Source: Nitrosopumilaceae archaeon
GTDB taxonomy: Archaea > Thermoproteota > Nitrososphaeria > Nitrososphaerales > Nitrosopumilaceae
Direction of reading: 5' to 3'
DNA: 64,000 bases
Assembly (NCBI GenBank): GCA_965207375.1
Contig: OZ242274.1
Location: 1,280,001-1,344,000, forward strand
How positions within the stretch are numbered: the first letter of the stretch is position 1; each line of letters opens with the position of its first letter. The notes beneath the pieces are model-generated. The model was not told the DNA's origin. It made no database searches and saw only the letters and a program-made list of their open reading frames with translations. Of this stretch, positions 29,934-40,664 are shown piece by piece. The translations under genes were made by a program, and so were the position numbers.

Positions 29934-30968
29934 TTGAAGACAGTACATTTGACAACACTTGGTATTTTGATTATTGCTGCAATGTTTTCATCAACTTTTG
30001 CAGAAATTCCATCCCCGAAACAACAGCTAGACCAAGGAGTGGCACCTGAAGAGATTGTGTGCAAACCTGAAAAGAGTCTGATATTAAGAGAGTCAGGCAT
30101 TCCTGCATGTGTAACGCCTGCAACGGCTGAAAAAATGCAGCTGCGAGGATGGACAATAATATATCTAAAAGCACCATCTTTGGAAAATGCTACTCAAATA
30201 GATGATGAACACGCCGACACACCAAAAGCGGTTCTGCCTCAATATCCTGCAACAACCAGTCAAATTGATACGATTCCTGCATCATCAAATAGTATCGTGA
30301 ATTTTTACATTACAGATCAGGATCTAAACCGTGCACCAAATGCAGCCGAGACTGTCTCCACACAAGGGTTATTTGAATTCACAATTAACGGAGTGCAGAT
30401 TCGGGGGCCAGACAAAATGATAGAGACAGGATTTGATACTGGGAAATTTTTTCTAAGACTGCAACTTCCAGATGATATCGACGGACGTGCACTACAACAT
30501 GACGATGTGGTTTTAATAAAGTATTTGGATAAAAATGACCATGCAGGAGACAAGAGTATTTTAACAAAATCAGTCGTTTTGTCATCTGTGTATGCCAAAA
30601 TAGAAACAAGTGGGGGAGGCACAAGAATAGGTCATGAATTTACGATTCGAATCTATGAACCCGATGCAAACACAGATTCACAAGATGAGAACAAAATTCC
30701 ATTAAGCACTCTTGAATATAGGGGTGAAGGCCGAATACGAACTACGCTTGCCAATCCTGCATTTGATGCAAATTCTGGATATCTGATAGAGACTGGACCA
30801 AACACTGGCGTCTTTGAGGCAAAGATCAAGATTCCAAGGGAATTAGACGGCGAAATCATCCACATAGGTGACTGGTATGAAATCACATATATTGACAAAA
30901 GTACACCATCTGGAGACGAAGAGATTATTTTTAAAGGCAGGATAGGAAGTCAAATTCCTGATAACTAA
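29934..30968 (+). CDS. Secreted/surface protein with SPxxQ...C...CV...RGW module and S-layer-like ETG..TG.F repeats
   Basis: Signal peptide; SPKQQLDQGV...PACVTPATAEKMQLRGW; ETGFDTGKF and ETGPNTGVF. Confidence 0.75.
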   Translation: MKTVHLTTLGILIIAAMFSSTFAEIPSPKQQLDQGVAPEEIVCKPEKSLILRESGIPACVTPATAEKMQLRGWTIIYLKAPSLENATQIDDEHADTPKAVLPQYPATTSQIDTIPASSNSIVNFYITDQDLNRAPNAAETVSTQGLFEFTINGVQIRGPDKMIETGFDTGKFFLRLQLPDDIDGRALQHDDVVLIKYLDKNDHAGDKSILTKSVVLSSVYAKIETSGGGTRIGHEFTIRIYEPDANTDSQDENKIPLSTLEYRGEGRIRTTLANPAFDANSGYLIETGPNTGVFEAKIKIPRELDGEIIHIGDWYEITYIDKSTPSGDEEIIFKGRIGSQIPDN

Positions 30969-31025
30969 CAGCTAAACTGCCGCACTAGGAAAATATTATA
31001 TCTGCAAGTGGGAGCGAAATGGTAG

Positions 31026-32123
31026 ATGTCTCCTGATCCGGTAAAAAATCTAATTGAGGAGCTAGGATCACACCTGACACAAAAAGAGCACTCTGATGTG
31101 GTTTTAAACAACGGTGAAGGAAAACAATTTGAGATAAAACCCTCAGAATTTATGGCAATAAAGCCCACAGATATACTTCGAAAAATTGCATTTGTTGACG
31201 GTGGAGATGGCACCTTGGAAGAATCACCCAATTTTCTAATTACCATTAATCGCGTTTATTTTTCTATATTTGAAGGCAAGAGACGAATCAAGCCAAAATC
31301 AAATCCCCGAATACAATTTTTTGCATGTGTTACATCAAAGATTCAAACAAAGGATGGCAAAAAAAAGATAATCTATGACACCAGGCTGTTTGTGCACAAA
31401 GACGAGGATCAGCAGTATCTTCCCTCAGAGCCTGATTTGACATCTCAAGTTGAGCGTACCTCGATTTTGCAGGGTGCCCGCCTAAATTCACTTGGCAGAA
31501 GATTTGCAGAATGGAAGATGACATTACATGTGATTGAAAATGAGTTAAACGCAGGAGACGTGATTGTAATGGACGGTTCCCTCCAAACCCAGTTTAAAAA
31601 TGAAACAAAATATGCAAATATGGTATATGATGCAGCATTACAAAAAGGGATTATAGTGTGTGGATTGGCAAAAACTAGCAGACTTATCACAGAATCCGGC
31701 GATCCGCTCTTGGCACGAATTGCAGAAATTGCAGAAGATGTATCATTTGGAACATGGTACGTCAAGGTAGCAGAAAAGGTATCTTCAGATGACCGAGGTT
31801 TTATGCTTGCTGCAAAGTTTCATGAAAAATCTCCATTTGTGTTTAGATTTGAGATACTGCAAGAGCAATTCAAACATATGACTCTTGATGAGATAAATTC
31901 TGTTCTGTATAGTTTGGCTGCAAACTCACAAGATGTGGCCATGATTGGATACCCATATGGTGCAATTGATGCAGACAGGTTTGCCCAGGTAAGAATGGAC
32001 GAGCTAGAAATGTATCGAGGATTGGTCTTATCTGAAAAGCTCAAAAAACCAGAATGGAAGAAATTTCAAAAGTATAGTGCCAGTCTTAGTGCACACGATG
32101 TTTTAAATGGAATTACCAGCTAA
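31026..32123 (+). CDS. nurA: NurA nuclease
   Basis: [31 protein letters not shown]; operon context. Confidence 0.88.
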   Translation: MSPDPVKNLIEELGSHLTQKEHSDVVLNNGEGKQFEIKPSEFMAIKPTDILRKIAFVDGGDGTLEESPNFLITINRVYFSIFEGKRRIKPKSNPRIQFFACVTSKIQTKDGKKKIIYDTRLFVHKDEDQQYLPSEPDLTSQVERTSILQGARLNSLGRRFAEWKMTLHVIENELNAGDVIVMDGSLQTQFKNETKYANMVYDAALQKGIIVCGLAKTSRLITESGDPLLARIAEIAEDVSFGTWYVKVAEKVSSDDRGFMLAAKFHEKSPFVFRFEILQEQFKHMTLDEINSVLYSLAANSQDVAMIGYPYGAIDADRFAQVRMDELEMYRGLVLSEKLKKPEWKKFQKYSASLSAHDVLNGITS

Positions 32124-33706
32124 TGGATGAAATTTCAGTCGTAGGACAGGTAGTTGGGGGAAAGTTTGGAGATATTGTAATTCGTCAAAAGTCTGGAACG
32201 GATCTAGAGATTGGCGACCTGATGATATCTGAAGAAAACGGCTCGTTTTTAATCCTACAGATATTTGCACTCGAATATGGCTCTCAAATTCAAGACAGAG
32301 TACAGCAGATGATGTCTGGTGTGAATTTAGAACAGGGCGTAGCAGATGCCCAGTTTTACGAACCAGGATTTGTAAATTATGTTCTGGCAAGAATAAAACC
32401 TCTTGCCCGAGTATACAAAGAACAAGGAGATGTTAAAATTCCAAAATCACTTCCCTCGTTTTTTAATAAATTAAGATTGATTGCACACGATGATCTAAAA
32501 TTCCTACAAAAACAAGACGATCAAATATTTGTTGGTCACATCAGAAGCGGAAGCAAGGTAATACAAGAAGCCGAGGTGCGGTTGTCTGCCCAAGATGTCT
32601 TTTCCCACCATGTTTTAATTCCTGCAACTACGGGTCGCGGAAAATCAAACCTGGTCAAGACTATTTTGTGGTATGTGCTGTATACAAACAAGGTGGGGGC
32701 CCTGATTTTAGATGCACATGATGAATATTTTGGAAGAAACACCCTAGGACTCAAGGATCATCCCAATGCACAAGACAATTTGGTATACTATACGCCTGCA
32801 AATCCACCTGTGGGAACAAACAGACTTACAATCAACCTGCAATCGATTCGTCCGGATCACTTTGAGGGTATAGTCGATTTCTCAGATGCCCAGTTTCAGG
32901 CAATTAGAACATACTATTGGCGATTCGGCAAGACATGGATTTCAAATGTAATGCTAGAAGAGCCAACAGCTGTTGCCATGGATGGAGACAATAAAAAAAA
33001 TGGAGAGTTTCATGCCTCTACACTGATGGTAGTTCAAAGAAAACTACGATTGATTTTGGGACTAGAAAAAGATGAAGACAGTCACATTGTGTCAAGACAT
33101 GAGGTCTTTGATTCTACGTCAAAGGGACTAAACACGGTAAATGATATCGTGCAGCATATCGAGCAGGGAAAGGCAATAGTCCTTGACACCTCTAGATTGG
33201 GTGATGAGGCAGAATTAATTGTTGGAAATATAATTGCCTCAAAACTGCTACAAAAATACAAGGATGCAAAATCAATAGGCCAGCTTGACAGAAAACCTGT
33301 TGCTACAATAGTCATAGAGGAGGCACCTCGTGTGATAGGAGAGGATATTCTGACTAGACGAAATGACAACATTTATGCTACAATTGCAAAGGAGGGCAGA
33401 AAATTCAAGGTGGGCCTGACTGCAATCACACAATTAAGCAGTGTAATTCCAAAGACGATTTTGGCAAATATGAATACGAAAATAATACTTGGAAACGAGA
33501 TGAAGCAGGAAAGAGACGCAATTATTGCATCTGCATCTCAGGATCTTTCAGAAGACGACAAAAACATTGCAAGCCTAGACAAGGGCGAGGCAATAATTAC
33601 AAGCATCTTTGTTCCATTTGCAATGCCAATAAAGATTCCTCTGTTTGAAGACATTGTAAAATCTGAATCAAAGACTGTACAATTTGAAAAAACAAAGGTG
33701 TTTTAG
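32123..33706 (+). CDS. herA: HerA ATPase/helicase
   Basis: [36 protein letters not shown]. Confidence 0.92.
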   Translation: MDEISVVGQVVGGKFGDIVIRQKSGTDLEIGDLMISEENGSFLILQIFALEYGSQIQDRVQQMMSGVNLEQGVADAQFYEPGFVNYVLARIKPLARVYKEQGDVKIPKSLPSFFNKLRLIAHDDLKFLQKQDDQIFVGHIRSGSKVIQEAEVRLSAQDVFSHHVLIPATTGRGKSNLVKTILWYVLYTNKVGALILDAHDEYFGRNTLGLKDHPNAQDNLVYYTPANPPVGTNRLTINLQSIRPDHFEGIVDFSDAQFQAIRTYYWRFGKTWISNVMLEEPTAVAMDGDNKKNGEFHASTLMVVQRKLRLILGLEKDEDSHIVSRHEVFDSTSKGLNTVNDIVQHIEQGKAIVLDTSRLGDEAELIVGNIIASKLLQKYKDAKSIGQLDRKPVATIVIEEAPRVIGEDILTRRNDNIYATIAKEGRKFKVGLTAITQLSSVIPKTILANMNTKIILGNEMKQERDAIIASASQDLSEDDKNIASLDKGEAIITSIFVPFAMPIKIPLFEDIVKSESKTVQFEKTKVF

Positions 33707-33707
33707 C

Positions 33708-34958
33708 TTGAGGTTTGTCCACATATCTGATGCACATCTGGGCTTTCAAAAACACGAATCATTACAAAAAATTGAACAGCAAGTTTTTGAAGATATTGTA
33801 GACAGATGTATTTCTCTCAAGGTGGATTTTGTTCTAGTTCCAGGAGATATTTTTCACGTAAATATTCCAGAAATGAGGGTGCAAAAGTTTGCCTTTGCAG
33901 CATTTCGAAAACTGTACGAGGCAGGCATACCAGCCTATGTTGTGTATGGCAGTCATGATTTTTCTCCAGTATCTAACTCTGTAATTGATCTGCTAGCAGA
34001 AACAGGATACATCATCAAGGTGACCAAAGCAACTAACAGAGATGATGGAACAATACATCTTGATTTTCTAACAGTTCCCAAAACACCGGTCAAGATTGTA
34101 GGACTTTCCGGACTTAAAGTGGGAAAGGACAGGGAATGGTACGAGAAACTAGACCGAAAATCACTAGAATCAGAACCCGGATTTAAGATCTTTTTGTTTC
34201 ATGGCGGAATTACTGACATGAAGGTAAATGCAGATATTGATGGCGACCATATGCCGCTGTCCCTGCTTCCAAAAGGATTTGCATACTATGCAGGAGGACA
34301 CATGCACAAATTCAATCATCAGAGTTTTCCAGATTATGCACATGTGGTGTATCCGGGCACACCCTTTGCAGGATATCATGCAGATTTGGAGGAAAATGCC
34401 AAGGGTCAAAAACGTGGCTTTGTTCTAGTAGAGTTTGAAGATACTGTAAAATCAGTAGAATTTATTCCTGTTCCAAATACTGATTATGAGATAATTGAGG
34501 TTGATGCAGACAATCGAAAATCTGAATCAGTAAATCAGGAACTACAAGATAAAACACGAAACATTAATCCCTCACAAAAGGCAGTAATTGTTAAAATTCA
34601 AGGGGAGCTTACCTCTGGCAAAACATCTGAGGTGGACGTCTCTGCTGTAAGAGAGAGTCTTACAAATGCAGGAGCATTGATGGTGAACATATCAAAGAAT
34701 CAACTTACCTCAAAGGAGTATAAAATTACAGCAGCAAAAGGTTCCAACAAAGATGAGGTTGAGACAAATGTTTTAAAAGAAAATATTGGACAGCTTCGTT
34801 TTACTCAGGAAAAACTAGTTGGTCAACAGGGAGTAGATCTTGCAAAAAAACTACTTTGTGAGCTAGGTCAGCCACAGCTAACCAATGAAAAGAAAAACGA
34901 ATACGTTCCAAGGGTCTGCAACGAGGCATTGGCAATTTTGGAGGTAGACGAGAAATGA
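33708..34958 (+). CDS. mre11: Mre11 nuclease
   Basis: HISDAHLG, GDIFH, GSHD, FHG, GHMH, YPGT. Confidence 0.93.
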   Translation: MRFVHISDAHLGFQKHESLQKIEQQVFEDIVDRCISLKVDFVLVPGDIFHVNIPEMRVQKFAFAAFRKLYEAGIPAYVVYGSHDFSPVSNSVIDLLAETGYIIKVTKATNRDDGTIHLDFLTVPKTPVKIVGLSGLKVGKDREWYEKLDRKSLESEPGFKIFLFHGGITDMKVNADIDGDHMPLSLLPKGFAYYAGGHMHKFNHQSFPDYAHVVYPGTPFAGYHADLEENAKGQKRGFVLVEFEDTVKSVEFIPVPNTDYEIIEVDADNRKSESVNQELQDKTRNINPSQKAVIVKIQGELTSGKTSEVDVSAVRESLTNAGALMVNISKNQLTSKEYKITAAKGSNKDEVETNVLKENIGQLRFTQEKLVGQQGVDLAKKLLCELGQPQLTNEKKNEYVPRVCNEALAILEVDEK

Positions 34959-37552
34959 TTCTCAAATCTATAATTATTGACAACATTAGAAGCTACAAAC
35001 ACGAAGAGATTGAATTTCCCACAGGTATATCTTTGTTTGAGGGAGATATTGGCTCTGGTAAATCAACTATACTAATGTCAATAGAGTTTGCATTGTTTGG
35101 ACTAGGCTCTCAAAAACCTGAATCACTTTTGGCAAAAAAATCAGACTCTTGCTCAGTCCTACTAGAGTTTTCAGTAGATGATAAAATATACGAAGTAAAA
35201 AGAACTCTAGTTAAAAAAACGAAAACTGTAGGTCATGATCCAAAAGGCTCTTGGATAAAAATCTCAGGTGTAAAGGAACTGCTTTCTCCCTCTGAGCTAA
35301 AACAAAAAATACTTCAAATTCTTAAATTTAATGAACCCTCAGATCCAAAGGCAGAAAGCAGAATATTTCGATATGCTGTATTTACTCCCCAAGAATCTAT
35401 GAAGGATGTACTTTGGGACTCTAAAAGACGCCTAGAAACCATTAGAAAGGCATTTGGAATAGAAGATTATAGCATTGCTGCCTCAAATGCACATGAATTA
35501 CTGCGCAAGCTCAATCTGAAAACAAACACACTGCAAGAGCGGTTTAGCAACATTTCAGAGCTAGAGTCTCAAAATACCGAATCAGAAAATAAAATTTCCG
35601 AGCTTGATTCTGCGCTTGCAGACCTGATGCAAAAAAAGGAACTAGATGAAAAATCAGAATTACAGGCAACTGCTACACTAAAGGAATTGCACGAAAAAAA
35701 CAAGGAAAAAGTCAAAATAGATACAACAAAGCAGGCAATAAAAGAAAAAATTAACGATTTGCAAACACAGGTGTCTCGTATTAAAAAAGAGATTGAAGAG
35801 CTTCAGACAAATCTAGAATCTGACAATTTAGAAATTAAAAAACTAGCTGAAATTGTAAAACCTGAAACTGTACAAAATCTTTCCCAATTAGAACAAGAGA
35901 TATCAAAACATCAAAAAATCAATGACAATTTGATCAAACTTGATGCTACAAAAGACGCAATTATTACAGCAATTTCAAAATTAAAAGAATCACTAGGAGA
36001 TAACATCAATACTGATGCTTTGCAACAGGAACAGAAAATAAATACCATACAAAACCAAAAAGACACACTATTACAGCAAAAAAAAGAAATAGAGGCCAAC
36101 AAAGACACACTATTACAACAAAAAAATACAATACAAAACCAAAAAGACACACTATTACAGCAAAAAAAAGAAACAGACCAAAACCGGGATGAAATAAACG
36201 GGCAACTTGCACAAAAAGCAGAGCAAATACGCGCCTTAGAATCTGAAATTGCAGAATTTACCAAACTAGGAAATGTGTGTCCTACATGCAAGCAAGAAAT
36301 CACATCGCAACACAATCATGATTTAGTTGGCAAAAAACAAAATGAAATAGATGAATTAAAACAGCAAAAAGATGCAATATTTGCCTCTTTTTCCAAGATA
36401 GAGGCAGAACAAAACAGCATAAACTCTGAAATTAATTCTTGTGATTCAGACATGGACAAAATCCGAGACGTTGCAGTTGCCGAGTTACACGAGAAACAAA
36501 ACAGCATAAACTCTGAAATTAATTCTTGTGATTCAGGTATAGATAAAGTCAAGCAAATCGCTTCTCAATTACATGACTATGCTTTCAAATCATCAGAGTT
36601 GGAGCAAATCGGGGCTGATATTTTGGAATTACACAGACAGCGGGGAGTTTATGGGGATGACTCTGTCAGACACTTTACAGAACTCAAGGAACGGCTGATT
36701 CAATATGAAAATGCACAGGAGCGAATTCAACAGATTGTTTCATCCAAACAAAAGACAGAGCGCAAAATTTTAGAAAACCAAGATCTTGAAAAAAGCAAAT
36801 CAAAAGAGATTTCCCTCAATACTGCCCAACTAGACAAATTGCAAACAATGTACACATTTGATGATTTGGATGCAAAAATTGATGCTGCAGAAAAAACACT
36901 TCAAACATTACAAAATAGTCTTTCTCAAATGAATAGTACGGCAGCAACTGTGCGTGAAAAAATATCAAATGAAAAAATATTAATTCAAAAAAATTGTCAA
37001 AAAATTACTGAATCTAAAAAATGGCAAAAAGAATTTCATAAAATTTCCGAATATTCACAATGGTTAGAATCCTTTTTTATTCCCACTATATCTCAGATTG
37101 AAAAACAGGTATTGCTGTCTATATTACAAAACTTTAATCAAACGTATAGCAACTGGTATTTGATTCTAGTTGAGGACCCTGCAAAGGAATCCCGAATTGA
37201 TGAGGATTTTACCCCGATTGTTACTCAGGACGGATATGACCAAGAAGTAAGTTATCTCTCTGGAGGAGAAAAAACCAGCATTGCCTTGGCATACAGGCTT
37301 ACACTAAACTCGTTGATACGAAAAGAAACACAATCAATGAAGTCCAATTTATTAATACTAGACGAGCCTACAGACGGGTTTTCAAAGAATCAATTGGGAA
37401 AGATTCGTGAAGTACTAAATCAGTTACAATCTGAGCAAATTATATTGGTGTCTCATGAAAAAGAGCTTGAAACATATGTGGAACACGTCTTTGAAATTTC
37501 AAAACAGGACGGCATCTCAAAGGTATCGCACAAGAATTTACCTGCACACTAG
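34955..37552 (+). CDS. rad50: Rad50 ATPase
   Basis: GDIGSGKST, coiled coil with CPTC hook (36278-36289), LSGGE, LILDEPT, SH. Confidence 0.95.
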   Translation: MILKSIIIDNIRSYKHEEIEFPTGISLFEGDIGSGKSTILMSIEFALFGLGSQKPESLLAKKSDSCSVLLEFSVDDKIYEVKRTLVKKTKTVGHDPKGSWIKISGVKELLSPSELKQKILQILKFNEPSDPKAESRIFRYAVFTPQESMKDVLWDSKRRLETIRKAFGIEDYSIAASNAHELLRKLNLKTNTLQERFSNISELESQNTESENKISELDSALADLMQKKELDEKSELQATATLKELHEKNKEKVKIDTTKQAIKEKINDLQTQVSRIKKEIEELQTNLESDNLEIKKLAEIVKPETVQNLSQLEQEISKHQKINDNLIKLDATKDAIITAISKLKESLGDNINTDALQQEQKINTIQNQKDTLLQQKKEIEANKDTLLQQKNTIQNQKDTLLQQKKETDQNRDEINGQLAQKAEQIRALESEIAEFTKLGNVCPTCKQEITSQHNHDLVGKKQNEIDELKQQKDAIFASFSKIEAEQNSINSEINSCDSDMDKIRDVAVAELHEKQNSINSEINSCDSGIDKVKQIASQLHDYAFKSSELEQIGADILELHRQRGVYGDDSVRHFTELKERLIQYENAQERIQQIVSSKQKTERKILENQDLEKSKSKEISLNTAQLDKLQTMYTFDDLDAKIDAAEKTLQTLQNSLSQMNSTAATVREKISNEKILIQKNCQKITESKKWQKEFHKISEYSQWLESFFIPTISQIEKQVLLSILQNFNQTYSNWYLILVEDPAKESRIDEDFTPIVTQDGYDQEVSYLSGGEKTSIALAYRLTLNSLIRKETQSMKSNLLILDEPTDGFSKNQLGKIREVLNQLQSEQIILVSHEKELETYVEHVFEISKQDGISKVSHKNLPAH

Positions 37553-37648
37553 TATTTGTTAACTTTGAATTTATAGTAATTTTAAGCATGAAATTACTTT
37601 GCTGTCAAAATATAGAATAAAAAATTCAGGTGTGACGTTAACACTTGC
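37552..37648 (+). repeat. ~100-bp dispersed structured repeat, copy 4
   Basis: GTATTTGTTAACTTTGAATTT...AAATTCAGGTGTGACGTTAACACTTGC. Confidence 0.85.
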
Positions 37649-37658
37649 CATTTTTAAA

Positions 37659-38021
37659 TCAGGCATCTTCAATTACATCACCAAACATCGTAAAAACACG
37701 CTCTGCCTGCGCTGCATTAATCTCACCCTTAGCATGACCATCTTTGACAATTTCATAAACCTCATCTTTGGTAAGCGCTTCAAGTTTATGATTATGTGAT
37801 TCAGGTTTAATAAAACGAACAGAACCCTCCAATGCACCTTCATCATGGATTTTCCTTTCATAGTCGTCCATGTAATGCGCCTCAACTTTGAAAAGTGCAC
37901 CTTTTTTGGTCAGGTAAATCTGGGTATGTACAGTATTGCTCTTACTATTTGGATCAGGAAAATCAACGATAAGCTCTGAATTTTCAGTATTGTATCTTTT
38001 ATTGTTAATTATTTTCTCCAT
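37659..38021 (-). CDS. Hypothetical protein, mobile-element-like family (KIINxKRYxTE...YxTKKG)
   Basis: MEKIINNKRYNTENSELI...IYLTKKGALF; the family link is recollection only. Confidence 0.65.
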   Translation of the reverse strand: MEKIINNKRYNTENSELIVDFPDPNSKSNTVHTQIYLTKKGALFKVEAHYMDDYERKIHDEGALEGSVRFIKPESHNHKLEALTKDEVYEIVKDGHAKGEINAAQAERVFTMFGDVIEDA

Positions 38022-38069
38022 ACTAGAAACTTGTACAGTATGCAAATAAACGTATTAAAAAATAAAAAA

Positions 38070-38297
38070 GAAATTCCTAGGAATTCAACGCACTTGCAGA
38101 CATGCTCAGATGGCATTAAAAGGATAAGGAAGGATTTGAAAAAATATGTCATCAGCGTAGTATGGCGGAGACTACATTTTCTGTCATCAAAGAAAGGTTT
38201 GGTGCAACAGTACGTGCAAAACTAGAATCCTACAAGGTCTTGCTGCTGACACTCAAGTGTATTTGTTATAATCTGGTTGCCTAGTTGCATTGTTGCC
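38070..38297 (+). pseudogene. 3' remnant of a different IS5-family transposase
   Basis: 38150-38284 reads HQRSMAETTFSVIKERFGATVRAK...LKCICYNLVA*, the catalytic-E region; upstream part frameshifted. Confidence 0.8.
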
Positions 38298-38550
38298 AAA
38301 TGGAGACACTTTTTCTAGCGGCAGCTATGAAGATTAGCTGTATTTTAGAATCATTTTTTGTGATTTTGATGTTAAAGCAATCTTTGGAGTACATGATGTG
38401 TAGCAAATGATGTAATGTACATCAAAGAAATATCTACGATTTTGTCAAAATTCTATAAAAGTGGACAGCGTCGTATAATTTCAAGTAGACCTGAATGTGC
38501 ATGTCACAATTGGAGACCTGATCTTCTCAAAATAACACTTGGTTTCTAAT

Positions 38551-39039
38551 CTAGCCGCCAGTTAATTTTGCAAATTTCTCATTTTTGCTTAGTTTTTCCA
38601 TAAACTCTATGTTGGATAGTGCAACTATGGCAGATTCTACTACCGGCTGTTCTTTGTCTGTTAGTGCGTTTTCAAGTATCTTACGCGAATCCTTTGAGCC
38701 CATCACGCCTAGTGCAATGGCTGCCTCGTGTCTTACAAACATGCTAGGGTCATTAATTGTGGCATCAGATAATGGTTTTATCCCGCTGCTGTAACACATC
38801 TGTCCTAGCGAAAATGCCGCTTCGTGTCGTACCAGCTCATTTGGGTCATTTTTTAGCACTCTGGCAATATGTTGTACTTTGTCCTCACCTCCCAAATCTA
38901 CTAGGACACATGTTGCACGAGTTCTGACTACATAATCCTCATGTTCTAACAAATTTACAAAGTAATCTGCGTCTTGTTTTTCATATCTTTCCTCCATTTC
39001 TGTAAAAAGATCCAAACGTTGTTGTGGCACGGTTTTCAT
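38551..39039 (-). CDS. HEAT-repeat (PBS lyase / DOHH-like) protein
   Basis: VRHEAAFSLGQM and VRHEAAIALG repeats. Confidence 0.85.
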   Translation of the reverse strand: MKTVPQQRLDLFTEMEERYEKQDADYFVNLLEHEDYVVRTRATCVLVDLGGEDKVQHIARVLKNDPNELVRHEAAFSLGQMCYSSGIKPLSDATINDPSMFVRHEAAIALGVMGSKDSRKILENALTDKEQPVVESAIVALSNIEFMEKLSKNEKFAKLTGG

Positions 39040-39297
39040 GACCTCACTTTTGACATCTCATATATTATCATTTAATTTTGGCGCAGATCATGCTAAAGCA
39101 GGCTTACATTGACACATCAAGTAGATGGGAGAAAATTTTTCATATGGTATATTACCTGCATGCAAAAACATTTTTTAGACTCTGATATAACTGCACAAAC
39201 TGTTAACAAATCGACTTTGATAAATACTGAAATTATATCTAGAATTAATGTTGTAAACACTGTTAGATTAAATTCTAGGCAGATTGTAATAACTGTA

Positions 39298-39723
39298 TTA
39301 AGAGTTGATTCTTCTTTTGTGCTTTGCACGGGAAAATAATTTTACTTCTCTACGCTTTTGCTGTTTTTCAATTCTTTTACGAGTTCGCTCTATTGATTTT
39401 TGTGTACTGCTTAGGCCTTTTACCTTGCTATGCTTTTGTTCAATGATTTCACTTTTTCCTTTATAGTTTAGTTCTGCCTGATGACATGCTTTGTAGTATT
39501 TTGTTAATACAAAAAAGACTCGTTTGTTTTGCCCCTGAATCTCTTTTATCTCCTTATTTTTTTTCAAATAATTCAATATATTTCGCAACAGTCCCCTGTC
39601 AATTCCAGTTAATCTGTCGATTTCTCGAAACCAGATGAATCTGGATTTTTCTCCCCATTCCTTTAAAAGATCGTATATTATCTGAAACTCTCTTTCATAT
39701 TCCTCTATCTTTTCAGAATTCAT
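39298..39723 (-). CDS. Hypothetical basic wHTH-like protein
   Basis: WFREIDRLTGIDRGLLRNILNYL helix-turn-helix pattern. Confidence 0.55.
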   Translation of the reverse strand: MNSEKIEEYEREFQIIYDLLKEWGEKSRFIWFREIDRLTGIDRGLLRNILNYLKKNKEIKEIQGQNKRVFFVLTKYYKACHQAELNYKGKSEIIEQKHSKVKGLSSTQKSIERTRKRIEKQQKRREVKLFSRAKHKRRINS

Positions 39724-39880
39724 AATACTGTTAGAATTACTACTCTATTTTAGCAAACTGTCTCACTTTGCAAGAATCATAAATGCAAATTTTGTACCCA
39801 AAACTCTGATAATCTGGTCTCTTTTTTTGAAAAAGAATCTGTGGGGAATCTAAATAAATGCCTGTGATATCTGGAAAATA

Positions 39881-40183
39881 TTGACTTGGACTAAGGTAGC
39901 TGAAAAAGGATCCATTGAATCTGGCAAAGGTACTCAGGTAGAGGTAAACGGAGAAAAAATAGCCGTCTTTAACAAGGATGGATTATATGCTCTTGAGGCA
40001 ACGTGTGTACACCAAAACCAGTCAATTGCATGCGGAAACATAGAGGGAGATATAGTAGAATGTCCGCACCACTTTTGGCATTATAATCTAAAAACCGGAG
40101 ATCTTTTGGACTATCTAAAAGACATCAAACTTCAAACATATCCCGTCGAAGAAAAAAATGATGGGATTTACATCGACGTTTGA
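39881..40183 (+). CDS. Rieske [2Fe-2S] ferredoxin
   Basis: CVH...CPHH ligands. Confidence 0.92.
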   Translation: MTWTKVAEKGSIESGKGTQVEVNGEKIAVFNKDGLYALEATCVHQNQSIACGNIEGDIVECPHHFWHYNLKTGDLLDYLKDIKLQTYPVEEKNDGIYIDV

Positions 40184-40280
40184 TTTTTATAAAATCTTAG
40201 CTTTGTTTCTGATATGATCAGGACTGTTGTTTCTTGCATTGCATCTTCGAAGAAAAGATGTTGATATTCTACTATTAACT

Positions 40281-40664
40281 TTACAATTTTTTCTTGACTT
40301 TGTCAAAAATTCTTTCTGCCCATTTTACAGAGTTTTGGGCATCTTTTGGTTCCATCAGGTCTGGTTGATATTCAGAAGCATTCTTTTTGTCTATTAAAGA
40401 GGTAAACTGTCTTTTAATTTCCTGATACTCTTGTGGAGCAAATATTCCCTTAACAAGTGAAAGCACCTCAGTATGATCATCTGAGGCACGTTTTCCTTTG
40501 TATGACGTGGTTAATGCATCCAGTGCACTGATAGCGCTGTGTATGGCACTTGTTACTGCACTGTTATACTTTGTATTTTGTACAGCAAGTTTTGCCATTT
40601 CCAAAAACTCTTCTGACTTTGTAATGTAATTGGATGCCTTTTTAGGATCAATGTCTCTGCTCAT
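40281..40664 (-). CDS. HEPN-domain protein (putative toxin)
   Basis: Y..KSEEFLE.A, Y.SAV..A.HS, DH, KNASEY; 4-nt overlap with the MNT gene. Confidence 0.85.
   Translation of the reverse strand: MSRDIDPKKASNYITKSEEFLEMAKLAVQNTKYNSAVTSAIHSAISALDALTTSYKGKRASDDHTEVLSLVKGIFAPQEYQEIKRQFTSLIDKKNASEYQPDLMEPKDAQNSVKWAERIFDKVKKKL

Noticed and set aside
31026-37552. HerA/NurA as an anti-phage system
   Set aside because: Canonical archaeal double-strand-break repair operon with mre11 and rad50
14594-37648. 100-bp repeats as integron attC sites or CRISPR repeats
   Set aside because: Spaced 5-12 kb apart, some between core genes; ends do not fit RYYYAAC/GTTRRRY; no tyrosine integrase in the window
39109-39339. 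Short ORFs on both strands
   Set aside because: No motifs; region looks like a palindromic non-coding spacer
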